A stretch of DNA of 64,000 nucleotides from Balneolaceae bacterium (GTDB lineage: Bacteria > Bacteroidota > Rhodothermia > Balneolales > Balneolaceae), in the NCBI GenBank assembly GCA_040882225.1, contig JBBEBR010000011.1, positions 7,576-71,575 on the forward strand, read 5' to 3'. Position numbers and translations under genes: made by a program. A model generated the notes under the pieces. It saw only the letters and a list, made by a program, of their open reading frames with translations, was not told the origin of the DNA and ran no database searches. Position 1 is the first letter of the stretch. The number at the start of each line of letters is the position of its first letter. Shown one piece after another: positions 1-9,767 of this stretch.

Positions 1-420
1 CAATCCTATCATCCACCGCATGATCGGCGTCATCAACTCAATATTCAGGCAGGTTTTGAAGTGGGTAATTTCACCGCTAATATAAACTGGATGTACGGTT
101 CAGGATTTCCTTTCACGCAACCATTAGGATTCGACAGCTATTTCAGTTTCTTAGAAGGGCCGCCAAATATTAAAGGGGAGTTTGGGAATCCCCGCGTGCT
201 TTTGGATAAACCCTTTGAAGGCAGATTGCCGGATTTTCACCGCATGGATGTTTCTGTGGCTCAGGAATTTACACTGCCTTTGATTACAATGATTGTACAG
301 GCCGGAGCAGTAAATGCCTATGATTGGGAAAATTTATTTTATTACGATGTGTATACTCAACGCCAGATTAATCAGCTTTCATTTATGCCTTATATTTCAA
401 TAAAATTCGGTTCTTTTTAA
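1..420 (+). CDS. TonB-dependent receptor-like outer-membrane protein, C-terminal fragment (5' truncated by window)
   Basis: Frame 1 is open from base 1: QSYHPPHDRRHQLN...W.YGSGFPFT...RLPDFHRMDVS...NAYD..N.FYYD. This is the typical C-terminus of Bacteroidota-type TonB-dependent receptors. Confidence 0.7.
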   Translation, partial: QSYHPPHDRRHQLNIQAGFEVGNFTANINWMYGSGFPFTQPLGFDSYFSFLEGPPNIKGEFGNPRVLLDKPFEGRLPDFHRMDVSVAQEFTLPLITMIVQAGAVNAYDWENLFYYDVYTQRQINQLSFMPYISIKFGSF

Positions 421-473
421 AGGATTGAATGTTTTCGATGTTTGTCCGGTCGGTGGTGAAAAATTTACCTGTT

Positions 474-700
474 GTGAATCAGGGATTCGCAGGATTAATG
501 GATGAACAGGATTTTTTACCATCAGAGATATGCACGATTTTTGGTCCCGTAGGGACAGCATCTTGGTAAAAAAAGCAGCACTGGAAAAATCCCGTGCCGT
601 AGGTACGGTACTAAACCGCGGGCGAAACGAAACACCAACCCTCAGTGAATCTCTGTGTTCTCTGTGGTTAATCATCCGTGTAATCAATGTAATCAGTGAT
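474..700. repeat. Mosaic of short REP-like palindromes and 9-bp periodic repeats between convergent genes
   Basis: Hairpins GTCCC-GTA-GGGAC (544-556) and CCGTGCC-GTA-GGTACGG (592-608); GGAT at 483/492/500/509; CTCAGTGAA-TCTCTGTGT-TCTCTGTGG (641-667); ATC at 674/683/692. Confidence 0.55.
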
Positions 701-713
701 GATTAATCAGCGA

Positions 714-1841
714 TCATACCTTCTCATCCAGCTGCTTAGCCATAGCCGGGTACCACTCCCCAAATGTATCATCGGCTATTCGTTTTCTCACCTCTTCCAT
801 CAGCCATAAATAAAAAGTGAGATTATGCACGGAAGCCATCACCAAACCAAATATTTCATTATTCCGGATAAGATGATGCACATAAGCCATAGAATACTTG
901 CTGCACAAGTCACTGGGAAAATCAGCATCTAATACCTCGTGATGTTCTTTCCATTTGGCATTGCGGATATTCACTTTCCCATTGCGGGTGAAAATCATCC
1001 CATTTCGGGCATTTCGGGTCGGCATCACACAATCAAACATATCTACGCCCCGCGCCACGCATTGCAAGAGGTTAGCGGGAGTTCCCACACCCATCAGGTA
1101 ACGCGCTTTTTCTTCCGGCATATGATCCGTGTTCAGCTCGGTAAACTCATACATAAGATCAATCGGTTCACCCACGCTCAATCCTCCAATAGCGAGGCCT
1201 TCAAAATTCTGATCAGCCATAAATTTGGTCGATTCAATCCGTAAATCCTGATAAGTGCCACCCTGGATAATCCCAAACTGAGCCTGTTTATGGCCATACA
1301 ATGGTTCAGTTTCTAAAAAAGCTTTTCGACCACGTTTAGCCCAGCGGTGCGTAAGTTCCATAGATGTTTTGGCGTATTCATAGCTGCTCGGGTAAGGCGG
1401 ACATTCATCTAAAAGCATCATAATATCAGAACCCAAAACGCGCTGAATTTCCACTACATTTTCGGGAGTGAATAAATGTTCGGAACCATCAATATGGCTT
1501 TTGAAATGCGCGCCTTCTTCCTCCAAAACACGATTTTCAGATAAGGAAAATATTTGGTATCCACCTGAATCGGTTAGAATCGGGCGATCCCACTGCATAA
1601 ATTGATGCAATCCACCCGCTTTTCGAATGATATCACAACCTGGGCGCAAATAGAGATGGTACGTATTACCGAGAATAATCTGGGCTTTTATTGTATCAGC
1701 GAGTGTTTCTTGAGAGACCCCTTTTACAGTTCCTAACGTACCGACGGGCATAAAAATAGGAGTTTCAATTGAACCATGATCGGTAGTAAGTTCACCAAGT
1801 CGTGCTTTTGTAGTAGTAGAAGTTCTTTTAAGCGTGTACAA
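714..1841 (-). CDS. tgt: tRNA-guanine transglycosylase (queuine tRNA-ribosyltransferase)
   Basis: TPIFMPVGT, LGNTYHLYLRPG, ILTDSGGYQIFSL, DECPPYP, GGLSVGE, YLMGVG and DMFDCVMPTRNARNG motifs; TTG start. Confidence 0.97.
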   Translation of the reverse strand: MYTLKRTSTTTKARLGELTTDHGSIETPIFMPVGTLGTVKGVSQETLADTIKAQIILGNTYHLYLRPGCDIIRKAGGLHQFMQWDRPILTDSGGYQIFSLSENRVLEEEGAHFKSHIDGSEHLFTPENVVEIQRVLGSDIMMLLDECPPYPSSYEYAKTSMELTHRWAKRGRKAFLETEPLYGHKQAQFGIIQGGTYQDLRIESTKFMADQNFEGLAIGGLSVGEPIDLMYEFTELNTDHMPEEKARYLMGVGTPANLLQCVARGVDMFDCVMPTRNARNGMIFTRNGKVNIRNAKWKEHHEVLDADFPSDLCSKYSMAYVHHLIRNNEIFGLVMASVHNLTFYLWLMEEVRKRIADDTFGEWYPAMAKQLDEKV

Positions 1842-1935
1842 AAAATATCAGATTAAAATTTTAGATTTATGTAGCCTTTGTAAAAATGTTTATTTTGTTG
1901 CGTTCAAAATAAGGCCAAAAATTTTCGGATTCACT

Positions 1936-3345
1936 TTGTTAAACTTAAAAAGATATAGGGAAGTAATATTTACCAGTGTGCTTGATTTTTTAATCATTCT
2001 TGCGAGCTGGTTTGTACTTCATGCATTTTACCCAAGCACAATGAATATGCTGGTGAGGGATTTTGATCTCAACTTTGTATCGGGTGGGATTATTGTAAGC
2101 TTTTACTGGCTAATTATTTTTATTGTGATGGGTTTATATAAGAAACTGTATCTCGTTTCCCGGCTCGATGAGTTTGTGAAAGTTTTCAAAGCAAGTATTT
2201 TAGGCGCGCTCATCCTGTATTTTGTCATCAATATAAACGAGAATATTTCCATTCGAGAACAGCAGGTTGTAACCACGGTGTATTGGGTTATTATCTTTTT
2301 TCTGCTGGCTATGAACAGGTTTATTGTCAGAACTATACAGCGGCTGTATGCTTTGCGGGGTAAAGGCCTCCACCGTGCCGTAATTGTAGGAACCGGCCAT
2401 ACAGCAAAAGCTGCTTATGATGATCTGACTCGGAATAAAATTCTTGGTATGCAGGTTTTAGGATTTATACAGGTGAACGGTAAAATGCCAGATCCGGATG
2501 TCGGTATTTCGAAGGAAGAAGTAATCGGAAGCCTTGATCAGATTAAGGAAATTATAGCTGAAAGACAGGTTCAGGATATCTTGGTAGCTCTGGAGCCGGA
2601 ACGTCGACGCGATTTAGTTGAAGTAATTTCCAAAATTGATTTTCCTGAAATCTCCCTGAAGCTCCTCCCCGATTTTTATCAGCTGGTGAGTGGTTTAAGC
2701 AAAACCAACCAAATTTTTGGAATGCCATTGGTTGAAATTTCTCCCGAACCCATGCCGCTTTGGGAAAAGACGATTAAAAGAACGCTGGATATTTTTGTTT
2801 CCGTTTTAGTGCTTGTACTTACTTTTCCGTTACTAACTTTGATTGGTGTGGCAGTTCGTTTTAATTCCCAGGGTCCAGCAATTTACCGCCAAAAACGGGT
2901 GGGCCGAAATAGTAAACTATTTACTATCTATAAATTCAGAACGATGTATAATGATGCGGAACGCGATAGCGGACCAACTTGGGCTCAAAAGGATGACCCC
3001 AGGGTTACACCGCTTGGCTATTGGCTCCGTAAATTACGAATGGATGAAGTTCCGCAATTCTTGAACGTTTTGATTGGTGATATGAGTTTGGTAGGCCCTC
3101 GCCCTGAAAGGCCTCATTTCGTGGAACAATTCAGCCTGCAAATTCCCCTCTATACCCGGCGATTAAGAGTACGTCCGGGTATCACAGGCTGGGCACAGGT
3201 GAAATGGAAATACGATACTTCGCTTGATGATGTAAAAGAAAAAACTAAATTCGACCTGTTTTATATAGAAAATATTTCGCTTCGGATGGATGCTAAGATT
3301 TTAATAAATACCTTAATCACCGTTATAAAAGGAAAAGGACATTAG
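1936..3345 (+). CDS. Undecaprenyl-phosphate sugar phosphotransferase (WcaJ/WbaP family)
   Basis: N-terminal TM helices, central Rossmann-like VIVGTG domain, C-terminal KRTLDI...FKFRTM...DPRVT..G.WLRKLRMDEVPQFLNVLIGDMSLVGPRPERP. Start moved from 1834 (overlaps tgt) to TTG 1936. Confidence 0.9.
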   Translation: MLNLKRYREVIFTSVLDFLIILASWFVLHAFYPSTMNMLVRDFDLNFVSGGIIVSFYWLIIFIVMGLYKKLYLVSRLDEFVKVFKASILGALILYFVININENISIREQQVVTTVYWVIIFFLLAMNRFIVRTIQRLYALRGKGLHRAVIVGTGHTAKAAYDDLTRNKILGMQVLGFIQVNGKMPDPDVGISKEEVIGSLDQIKEIIAERQVQDILVALEPERRRDLVEVISKIDFPEISLKLLPDFYQLVSGLSKTNQIFGMPLVEISPEPMPLWEKTIKRTLDIFVSVLVLVLTFPLLTLIGVAVRFNSQGPAIYRQKRVGRNSKLFTIYKFRTMYNDAERDSGPTWAQKDDPRVTPLGYWLRKLRMDEVPQFLNVLIGDMSLVGPRPERPHFVEQFSLQIPLYTRRLRVRPGITGWAQVKWKYDTSLDDVKEKTKFDLFYIENISLRMDAKILINTLITVIKGKGH

Positions 3346-3346
3346 C

Positions 3347-4075
3347 ATGCCGTCGGAGTCTTTAATTATTGTACCTACCTTTAATGAAGCCCACAACATT
3401 GGCCGCCTCCTAAAAAAGCTGATGTCTCTAAAACATGAAGTTGATGTTCTTGTTATTGATGACGGTTCTCCGGATGGCACGGCGGAAGAAGTAAGAAAAG
3501 TGCAGAACCAATTTCATGAACGGGTTTTACTGATTGAAAGGCCCGGGAAGTTGGGACTTGGAACAGCTTATGTAAAAGGATTCGATTTCGCTCTTGAAAA
3601 TGGCTACACCTACATATGTGAAATGGATGCGGATTTTTCGCACGATCCCTCAGATGTAGGCAAACTCATAGATGAGGTTAAAGCCGGAAGATCGGATGTC
3701 GCAATTGGTTCAAGATATGCCAACGGAATCAGTATTATCAACTGGCCGCTTAGCCGTTTAATTTTATCCTATTGCGCCAATATTTACGCCCGTACCATTA
3801 CAGGTTTACCTGTTTTTGATACTACTGCCGGTTTCAAATGCATCCACAGAAACGTGCTTGAAACTATTTCTATAGACAGGATAAAGTCGAACGGGTATGC
3901 CTTCCAAATTGAAATTCACTTTCGGGCATGGAGAGCCGGCTTCAAACTAAGTGAGGTTTCAATTGTATTCAGAGAACGTGAAGAAGGTGTATCAAAAATG
4001 TCGAAAGCAATAGTAAGAGAAGCTATTTGGCGAGTATGGGCCCTTAAATTCAGAAGTATTTTCGGAACTTTATAA
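3347..4075 (+). CDS. Polyprenol monophosphomannose synthase-like GT2 (Dpm1 family)
   Basis: IIVPTFNEAHNI, VIDDGSPDGT, GKLGLGTAY, EMDADFSHDP, D.T.GFK, SNGYAFQIE. Confidence 0.9.
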   Translation: MPSESLIIVPTFNEAHNIGRLLKKLMSLKHEVDVLVIDDGSPDGTAEEVRKVQNQFHERVLLIERPGKLGLGTAYVKGFDFALENGYTYICEMDADFSHDPSDVGKLIDEVKAGRSDVAIGSRYANGISIINWPLSRLILSYCANIYARTITGLPVFDTTAGFKCIHRNVLETISIDRIKSNGYAFQIEIHFRAWRAGFKLSEVSIVFREREEGVSKMSKAIVREAIWRVWALKFRSIFGTL

Positions 4076-4134
4076 AGCGTTATGCATCACAAGATGATTG
4101 CCTATATTAGCGCAGGAACAAATTAAACAGATTT

Positions 4135-5091
4135 ATGCAGTATTTAGATTTCGAACAACCTATAGCCGACCTGGAAGCTAAGATTGAAGAACTCAATAAT
4201 CTTTCTAATGTTAGCGATGGTGTTCTTGATAAAGAAATTGAAAGCCTCAAAAAAAGAGTAGACAAATTACGGAAGTCTATTTTTACCAATCTTACAAGAT
4301 GGCAAAAAGTGCAGCTTGCCCGCCATCCCGACCGGCCCTACACGCTGGATTATATCGAAAGAATCACCGAAGATTTTATTGAACTCCACGGCGACCGGTA
4401 TCATGCGGATGATAAAGCTATTGTTGGAGGCTTAGCTACCATCGACGGGCAATCTGTAATGATTATTGGCCACCAAAAGGGGAGAGATACCACCAGCCGA
4501 AAGTTTCGGAATTTTGGTATGGCAAATCCTGAAGGCTACCGAAAAGCTTACCGCCTGATGAAACTGGCTGGTAAATTTGACATCCCCATTATTACCTTAC
4601 TGGATACTCCAGGGGCTTTCCCGGGTTTGGAAGCCGAGGAACGCGGTCAGGCCGAAGCCATCGCCAAAAACCTGAAAATGATGGCGATGTTAGAAGTGCC
4701 TTTAATCACCGTTGTAATTGGTGAAGGCGCAAGTGGTGGTGCCATTGGTATTGGTATGGGGAATGAAGTTTATATGATGGAAAACACCTGGTACTCTGTA
4801 ATATCTCCCGAATCTTGTTCTTCAATTCTATGGAAAACCTGGGATTATAAGGAGCAGGCGGCAGCAGTTTTAAAGTTAACCGCTGTAGATTTAAAAGAGC
4901 TGAAAGTGATAGACGGTGTTATTGCAGAACCTCTTGGTGGAGCCCACCGAGATTATGAAGTTTCCGCGGCAGCCTTAAAAAAACAGGTTCTTCAAAGTTT
5001 GAAACGCCTCAAAAAGCTGAAGCCTGAAAAACTTGTAGAGCAACGCATCGACAAGTATGCTAAAATGGGTGCTTGGACAACCGCTAAATAG
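4135..5091 (+). CDS. accA: Acetyl-CoA carboxylase carboxyltransferase alpha subunit
   Basis: [66 protein letters not shown]. Confidence 0.98.
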   Translation: MQYLDFEQPIADLEAKIEELNNLSNVSDGVLDKEIESLKKRVDKLRKSIFTNLTRWQKVQLARHPDRPYTLDYIERITEDFIELHGDRYHADDKAIVGGLATIDGQSVMIIGHQKGRDTTSRKFRNFGMANPEGYRKAYRLMKLAGKFDIPIITLLDTPGAFPGLEAEERGQAEAIAKNLKMMAMLEVPLITVVIGEGASGGAIGIGMGNEVYMMENTWYSVISPESCSSILWKTWDYKEQAAAVLKLTAVDLKELKVIDGVIAEPLGGAHRDYEVSAAALKKQVLQSLKRLKKLKPEKLVEQRIDKYAKMGAWTTAK

Positions 5092-5097
5092 AATCGT

Positions 5098-5535
5098 GTG
5101 AAATTTCCCGATAAACGTCCGCTGGTAAAATATTCCCACTCTTTGCGAAGCCGGTATGGCGAAACTGACAAAATGGGCTATGTATATTACGGTCATTATC
5201 TGGAATATTTTGAGGTAGCCCGTACCGAGATGATTCGCTCCTATGGCCTGTCTTATCGAGAAATGGAGGAATCGGGGATTATGCTGCCGGTAATTCATGC
5301 CGAACTGGAGTATAAAGCACCAGTTCTATATGATGAAGAAATGCAGGTTACGGTATTCATTTTTGAGATGCCGTCTGTACGTCTTCAAACATTTTACGAG
5401 GTAACAACTGCGGCTTCAGATAATGTGCATGTATTTGGAGAAGTCACTCTGTGTTTTATGGATTCCGAGACAAGGAAACCTCGTCGCGCCCCAGAATTTT
5501 TTTTAAAAGGAATACAGCAGCAACTTAAGGTATAG
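5098..5535 (+). CDS. Acyl-CoA thioesterase (YbgC/FadM, hotdog fold)
   Basis: RYGETDKMGYVYYGHYLEYFEVARTE signature. Confidence 0.88.
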   Translation: MKFPDKRPLVKYSHSLRSRYGETDKMGYVYYGHYLEYFEVARTEMIRSYGLSYREMEESGIMLPVIHAELEYKAPVLYDEEMQVTVFIFEMPSVRLQTFYEVTTAASDNVHVFGEVTLCFMDSETRKPRRAPEFFLKGIQQQLKV

Positions 5536-5537
5536 CC

Positions 5538-6008
5538 GTGTACCAGTTGCAAGCTCAAAATTTCGGGCTGTACGTGGCCATTTTATTTGGCGGTTTTACA
5601 TTGATATTTGCCGCACTTGGGCCTGGAATTTTTAATTCTCAGCCGAATCCCTTTAGCTGGCAGTATTTGTTTTTCGAGGTTCTTTGTCACCAAGACTCGC
5701 TACGTTCCTTCCATATTAATAACCAGCCAATGGCAGTTTGCGCGCGGTGTTTTGGAATCTATACCGCATTTCTTTTTGGATGGTTGTTCCTTCCTGTTTT
5801 TGGCTGGTTGGGGTCTGCATCCCAACAGAAGAAAAAAATATTTTTAATAGCAGCTATTCTCTTAAATTCGACCGATGTAATTGGCAACTATTTTAGTATT
5901 TGGTCGAATACACTTCATTCAAGATTTTTGCTGGGTTCTTTAGTAGGTTTGGCAGTAACATTTTTTCTGGCAGAAAGTTTTTTTAACAAAATAAAATCGG
6001 AGTATTAA
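5538..6008 (+). CDS. DUF2085-type membrane protein
   Basis: LCHQDSLRSF...MAVCARCFGIY motif with flanking TM helices. Confidence 0.75.
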   Translation: MYQLQAQNFGLYVAILFGGFTLIFAALGPGIFNSQPNPFSWQYLFFEVLCHQDSLRSFHINNQPMAVCARCFGIYTAFLFGWLFLPVFGWLGSASQQKKKIFLIAAILLNSTDVIGNYFSIWSNTLHSRFLLGSLVGLAVTFFLAESFFNKIKSEY

Positions 6009-6009
6009 A

Positions 6010-6555
6010 ATGGAAAACGAACAGGTACAACCAAGTTACTGGAATTCGGTTATTATAGCTTCACTAATTACCGCGCTCGTTGTTACAATTCTCTCGCTTA
6101 TTGGCGGATACATGACACTCGGAACCGAGCCCGTTGGCTCTTTCTTCAGCTCAGCTCAACTTTTTGGAACCCTTGCATGTTTAGTTGGCGCTATTGGCGG
6201 AGTTATTGTGAATTGGCATTATGCGAAAGAATATGACATCACCTATAAAATAGGCAAAGGAGCCTTGTTGGGAGTATTAGTTGGATTAGGAGCTACTATA
6301 TTTTCAGTTATTCTGGGACAAATTTGGAATCTTATTGACCCAAGTTATACACAGGCAATAATGGATTGGAATATCGCAAATATTGAAGCGATGCAAATGC
6401 CAGAGGAAGCGAAACAGAGTACAATAGAAGGAATGGGTGATCCCAATTCTTTCAAAACAATAGCGTTTCAAAGTTTGATATTGTTCGTTAGCCTGGGAAT
6501 TATAAATGTAATTTCCGGTATGATTGGCGCTAAAATATTTGCTTCAGAAGAATAA
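6010..6555 (+). CDS. DUF4199-like membrane protein
   Basis: Four hydrophobic helices with a ...IDPSY... periplasmic loop. Confidence 0.6.
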   Translation: MENEQVQPSYWNSVIIASLITALVVTILSLIGGYMTLGTEPVGSFFSSAQLFGTLACLVGAIGGVIVNWHYAKEYDITYKIGKGALLGVLVGLGATIFSVILGQIWNLIDPSYTQAIMDWNIANIEAMQMPEEAKQSTIEGMGDPNSFKTIAFQSLILFVSLGIINVISGMIGAKIFASEE

Positions 6556-6565
6556 AATAAAGTTG

Positions 6566-7516
6566 ATGAATCAGGAAAATATTTCGGAACAAGACGAGTA
6601 CTCAGAAATCTACGAAAACCGAAAGCCGGAGCCATGGGTAGAACGTAATGGTTTCGCCCACTGGCCAATGGCTATTGCTTGGGTGATAATTGCTTTTATC
6701 GGCTTCAATATAGTCGGGGCTATCGTTGGTGTTGTAGGGGTGATGATGACCGTTGATAATCTGCAGATGGAAACCATTATGGCGGAGTTATCCACTAACT
6801 TCGATATTCTGTTTCTGGCAAATTCTTCCGGCCAAATCCTGATTATGGCGCTGGCAACTTTATTGGTTGTGAGGTTGCATGCGGTTAAAGGGGAGCGAAA
6901 ACGCTTTTTGCGTTTTCAGCTATCCAAAAATGTATGGACCATAACAGGCCTCGCAGCTCTGCTGTTTGTGGTTGCTCAGCCAACTATTTTATTCCTTGGC
7001 TGGTTGAATTCATTTGTACCGGTTCCTGATAATCTTGCTGAGATGCAGGAGACAATGGCCGAAATGATTTCCAACTTCCTGAGATCCGAAAATGTGCTGT
7101 TACTTGGCGTTTTTCATATCGGAGTGGTGCCCGCAGTTTGCGAAGAAATTATGTACCGTGGATATGTGATGCGGGCTTTCGAAAAGAGCTGGGGTATAAC
7201 CGCTGCTATTTTGATTTCAGGAGTGATTTTTGGCGCATATCATTTGCAGATATCCAGCATTTTGCCCTTAGCTACGTTAGGAATTTTCCTGGCTTACGTC
7301 ACCTATATCTCCAATAGTTTAGTTCCCGCAATGGTAGCTCATTTCGTGAACAATGGAGGGCAGGTTATAGCAAGTAAATTTTACCCGCAAATGCTTGATG
7401 AGAAAATTTCTCCTGACATGGATATCCCTTACTTATTAGTTCTTGCAAGTATGATTATTACCGCAGGATTGCTTTACTTTATGCATACGCTGAAATTAAA
7501 AGACGATGATGCATGA
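6566..7516 (+). CDS. CPBP (Abi/CAAX) intramembrane metalloprotease
   Basis: PAVCEEIMYRG, FGAYH and AHFVNN motifs; ATG 6566 follows the upstream stop. Confidence 0.9.
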   Translation: MNQENISEQDEYSEIYENRKPEPWVERNGFAHWPMAIAWVIIAFIGFNIVGAIVGVVGVMMTVDNLQMETIMAELSTNFDILFLANSSGQILIMALATLLVVRLHAVKGERKRFLRFQLSKNVWTITGLAALLFVVAQPTILFLGWLNSFVPVPDNLAEMQETMAEMISNFLRSENVLLLGVFHIGVVPAVCEEIMYRGYVMRAFEKSWGITAAILISGVIFGAYHLQISSILPLATLGIFLAYVTYISNSLVPAMVAHFVNNGGQVIASKFYPQMLDEKISPDMDIPYLLVLASMIITAGLLYFMHTLKLKDDDA

Positions 7517-7818
7517 GTTTTTTTACCGATCCCAAACCAAATGATATAGAAAACTGGGTTTGTGTGCTGGAAGGCAGTACAGATCTGGAAGTAGAGATGG
7601 CTAAAAACTATCTCTCCAATCTTAATATCCCCTCCAATATTCTTTCAAAAAGAGACTCTGCTTACAGCCTAAATGTTGGGGAAATGGCGTTGGTTTACTT
7701 ATACGTTCCTCTGGAGTTCGAGAAAAAAGCCCGGAAAGCATTAGATGATCTTGACTTAGATAATCCGGATTTATCCAATGAGGATTTCAGCGATCCTGAT
7801 AGCGAAAAGGGAGATTAA
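7513..7818 (+). CDS. DUF2007-like putative signal-transducing protein
   Basis: W.CV....DLEVEMAKNYL...NIP...LYVP..FEKKA pattern; acidic tail; ATGA overlap with the upstream gene. Confidence 0.55.
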   Translation: MSFFTDPKPNDIENWVCVLEGSTDLEVEMAKNYLSNLNIPSNILSKRDSAYSLNVGEMALVYLYVPLEFEKKARKALDDLDLDNPDLSNEDFSDPDSEKGD

Positions 7819-7819
7819 T

Positions 7820-8641
7820 TTGAGCGAATTGCTAAAACGGGTTTTATTCGCGGTTCCAGCTGCAATTCTCTTTATTTATTTGATGTGGTTGGGCGGTTGG
7901 TATTTCAAAACCTTCATTATTTTTATCGCTTTCTTTGTACAGCAGGAAATGATTCGCTTATTGAATGATTCCGGAAATCCACCCGATATGTTTTTCCCTT
8001 ATTCCATAGGACTTTGGGTGATGCTGTTCCCGGTTTTGCCTTTCGCTTTCGAAATTGGCTTGGTTATTTTTCTGATCTTCATAACTATGCAAACCTTCAA
8101 CAAAGCAGAGGAAAGTATTACTCAGCTTTCTACTACATTATTCGCTGCTTTTTATGCGCCCATTGGTTGGCTCTGTCTGATGTTGATCAGAGATTTAGGA
8201 ACTCAGGAGCAAGGATTTTTACTCACGCTCGCTGTTATGTTGATGGTTTGGGGGAGTGATGTGTTTGCATACTTCGGCGGCAAAACATTTGGGAAGCATA
8301 AACTGGCGCCGCACATTAGCCCGAACAAAACATGGGAAGGTTTCTTCTCAGGATACTTCGGAAGTTTTTTTGGCGCTTCAATCGTGCTTTTTGCTCTGCC
8401 ATTTTCATCCCCATTAACTTTGATACAAGTACTGCCCTTTGTAGTGTTAGTGGCAACTTTTGGGCCAATCGGTGATCTGATCGAGAGTAAAATCAAGAGA
8501 AAAGCAAAGTGCAAAGATTCATCCACGCTTTTACCGGGGCATGGCGGTTTTTTTGACCGTTTTGATGCAGTTATTCTTGCAGCTCCGGCAGGATATATTT
8601 ATTTAAAAATTTTAGAAAATTTTGGTTATGTCTCATTTTGA
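7820..8641 (+). CDS. cdsA: Phosphatidate cytidylyltransferase
   Basis: SDVFAYFGG, ISPNKTWEG, GDLIESKIKR...KDS...LPGHGGFFDRFD; start set at TTG 7820. Confidence 0.95.
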   Translation: MSELLKRVLFAVPAAILFIYLMWLGGWYFKTFIIFIAFFVQQEMIRLLNDSGNPPDMFFPYSIGLWVMLFPVLPFAFEIGLVIFLIFITMQTFNKAEESITQLSTTLFAAFYAPIGWLCLMLIRDLGTQEQGFLLTLAVMLMVWGSDVFAYFGGKTFGKHKLAPHISPNKTWEGFFSGYFGSFFGASIVLFALPFSSPLTLIQVLPFVVLVATFGPIGDLIESKIKRKAKCKDSSTLLPGHGGFFDRFDAVILAAPAGYIYLKILENFGYVSF

Positions 8642-9653
8642 CATCAGTTGGGAAGTTAAAGCACTAAAACTTAAAGAAGTATTTACCATTTCGCGGAGCT
8701 CACGATCTGAAGTTCCCAACGTTTTCATCACCCTAAAAAAGAATGGCCTTTTGGGTTATGGGGAAGCAAGCCCTAATTCCCGCTATGATGAAACTCCAGA
8801 AAAAGTAATTGAAGGCATCAAAAGTTTGCCGAATGATTTTCTGGATGAAATCAAAGACACGGAAGAATTAGCTAATAAACTTGATCAGGTTTCCGGTTTA
8901 ATTCAGTCGGCTAAAACGGGCATCGAAATGGCCTGGCTTGATTGGTGGGCGAAATCACAAAATAAACCACTTTGGAAGTTATGGGGAATGGATTCTGCCG
9001 TTGGCCCGCTTACATCCTATACCATTGGAATTGATACGCCGGAGAAGATGCAGGAGAAGATTCGAAAGGCAGAGCAGTATCCTATTTATAAAATCAAATT
9101 AGGCACCGACCACGATCGTGACTTAATAAAAGCCATTCGGGAAGTCACCGATAAACCGCTACGCGTTGATGCTAACGAAGGCTGGAAAACCATCGCACAG
9201 GCAAAAAAAGAAATAGAATTTCTGGCTACTCAAAATGTAGAGTTGATTGAACAGCCCATGCCATCTGCGAATATTGCAGAGATGAAAGAGCTGAAGAAAT
9301 GGTCTCCGCTTCCTCTTTGTGCCGACGAAAGTTTTATCGGAGGCGAAGACCTGAACGAAATTGCCGAGGCCTTCCACGTAATCAATATTAAGCTGATGAA
9401 AATCGGCAGTCTGGTAAAAGCCCGAAAGGTGATTGAAGAAGCACACCAACTTGGATTACAAGTTATGATTGGCTGCATGATCGAAAGCTCTCTCGCCAAT
9501 GCCGCCGGTGTTTTACTCGCTCTCAAAGCCGACTACGCTGATTTGGATGGTCACCTGCTGATTTCAAACGATCCCTTTGAAGGGCTGGAAGTGAATTCCA
9601 AAGGCCGGATTCATCTTTCTGACGATCCCGGATTCGGTGTAAGTAAAAAATAA
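8628..9653 (+). CDS. Dipeptide (L-Ala-D/L-Glu) epimerase, enolase superfamily
   Basis: KIKLG, RVDANEGW, IEQP, ADES, NIKLMKIG, GCMIES and DLDG motifs. Confidence 0.88.
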   Translation: MSHFDISWEVKALKLKEVFTISRSSRSEVPNVFITLKKNGLLGYGEASPNSRYDETPEKVIEGIKSLPNDFLDEIKDTEELANKLDQVSGLIQSAKTGIEMAWLDWWAKSQNKPLWKLWGMDSAVGPLTSYTIGIDTPEKMQEKIRKAEQYPIYKIKLGTDHDRDLIKAIREVTDKPLRVDANEGWKTIAQAKKEIEFLATQNVELIEQPMPSANIAEMKELKKWSPLPLCADESFIGGEDLNEIAEAFHVINIKLMKIGSLVKARKVIEEAHQLGLQVMIGCMIESSLANAAGVLLALKADYADLDGHLLISNDPFEGLEVNSKGRIHLSDDPGFGVSKK

Positions 9654-9767
9654 ATTGTTAGCACCTCTGTAACGACCCTGTTGATCTTTAGGGATTGTTT
9701 AACAGCTCATCTCTCAGAATGTATCTCTATATTCTTTTGTTGAAATTCAAAAAAAAGAAGAAAACTA

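Noticed and set aside
1834-1935. Extended N-terminus of the WcaJ-like ORF, and similar extensions at 6524, 7778, 28598, 47465, 50614 and 60238
   Set aside because: These overlap neighbouring genes or promoters; downstream starts fit the family N-termini better.
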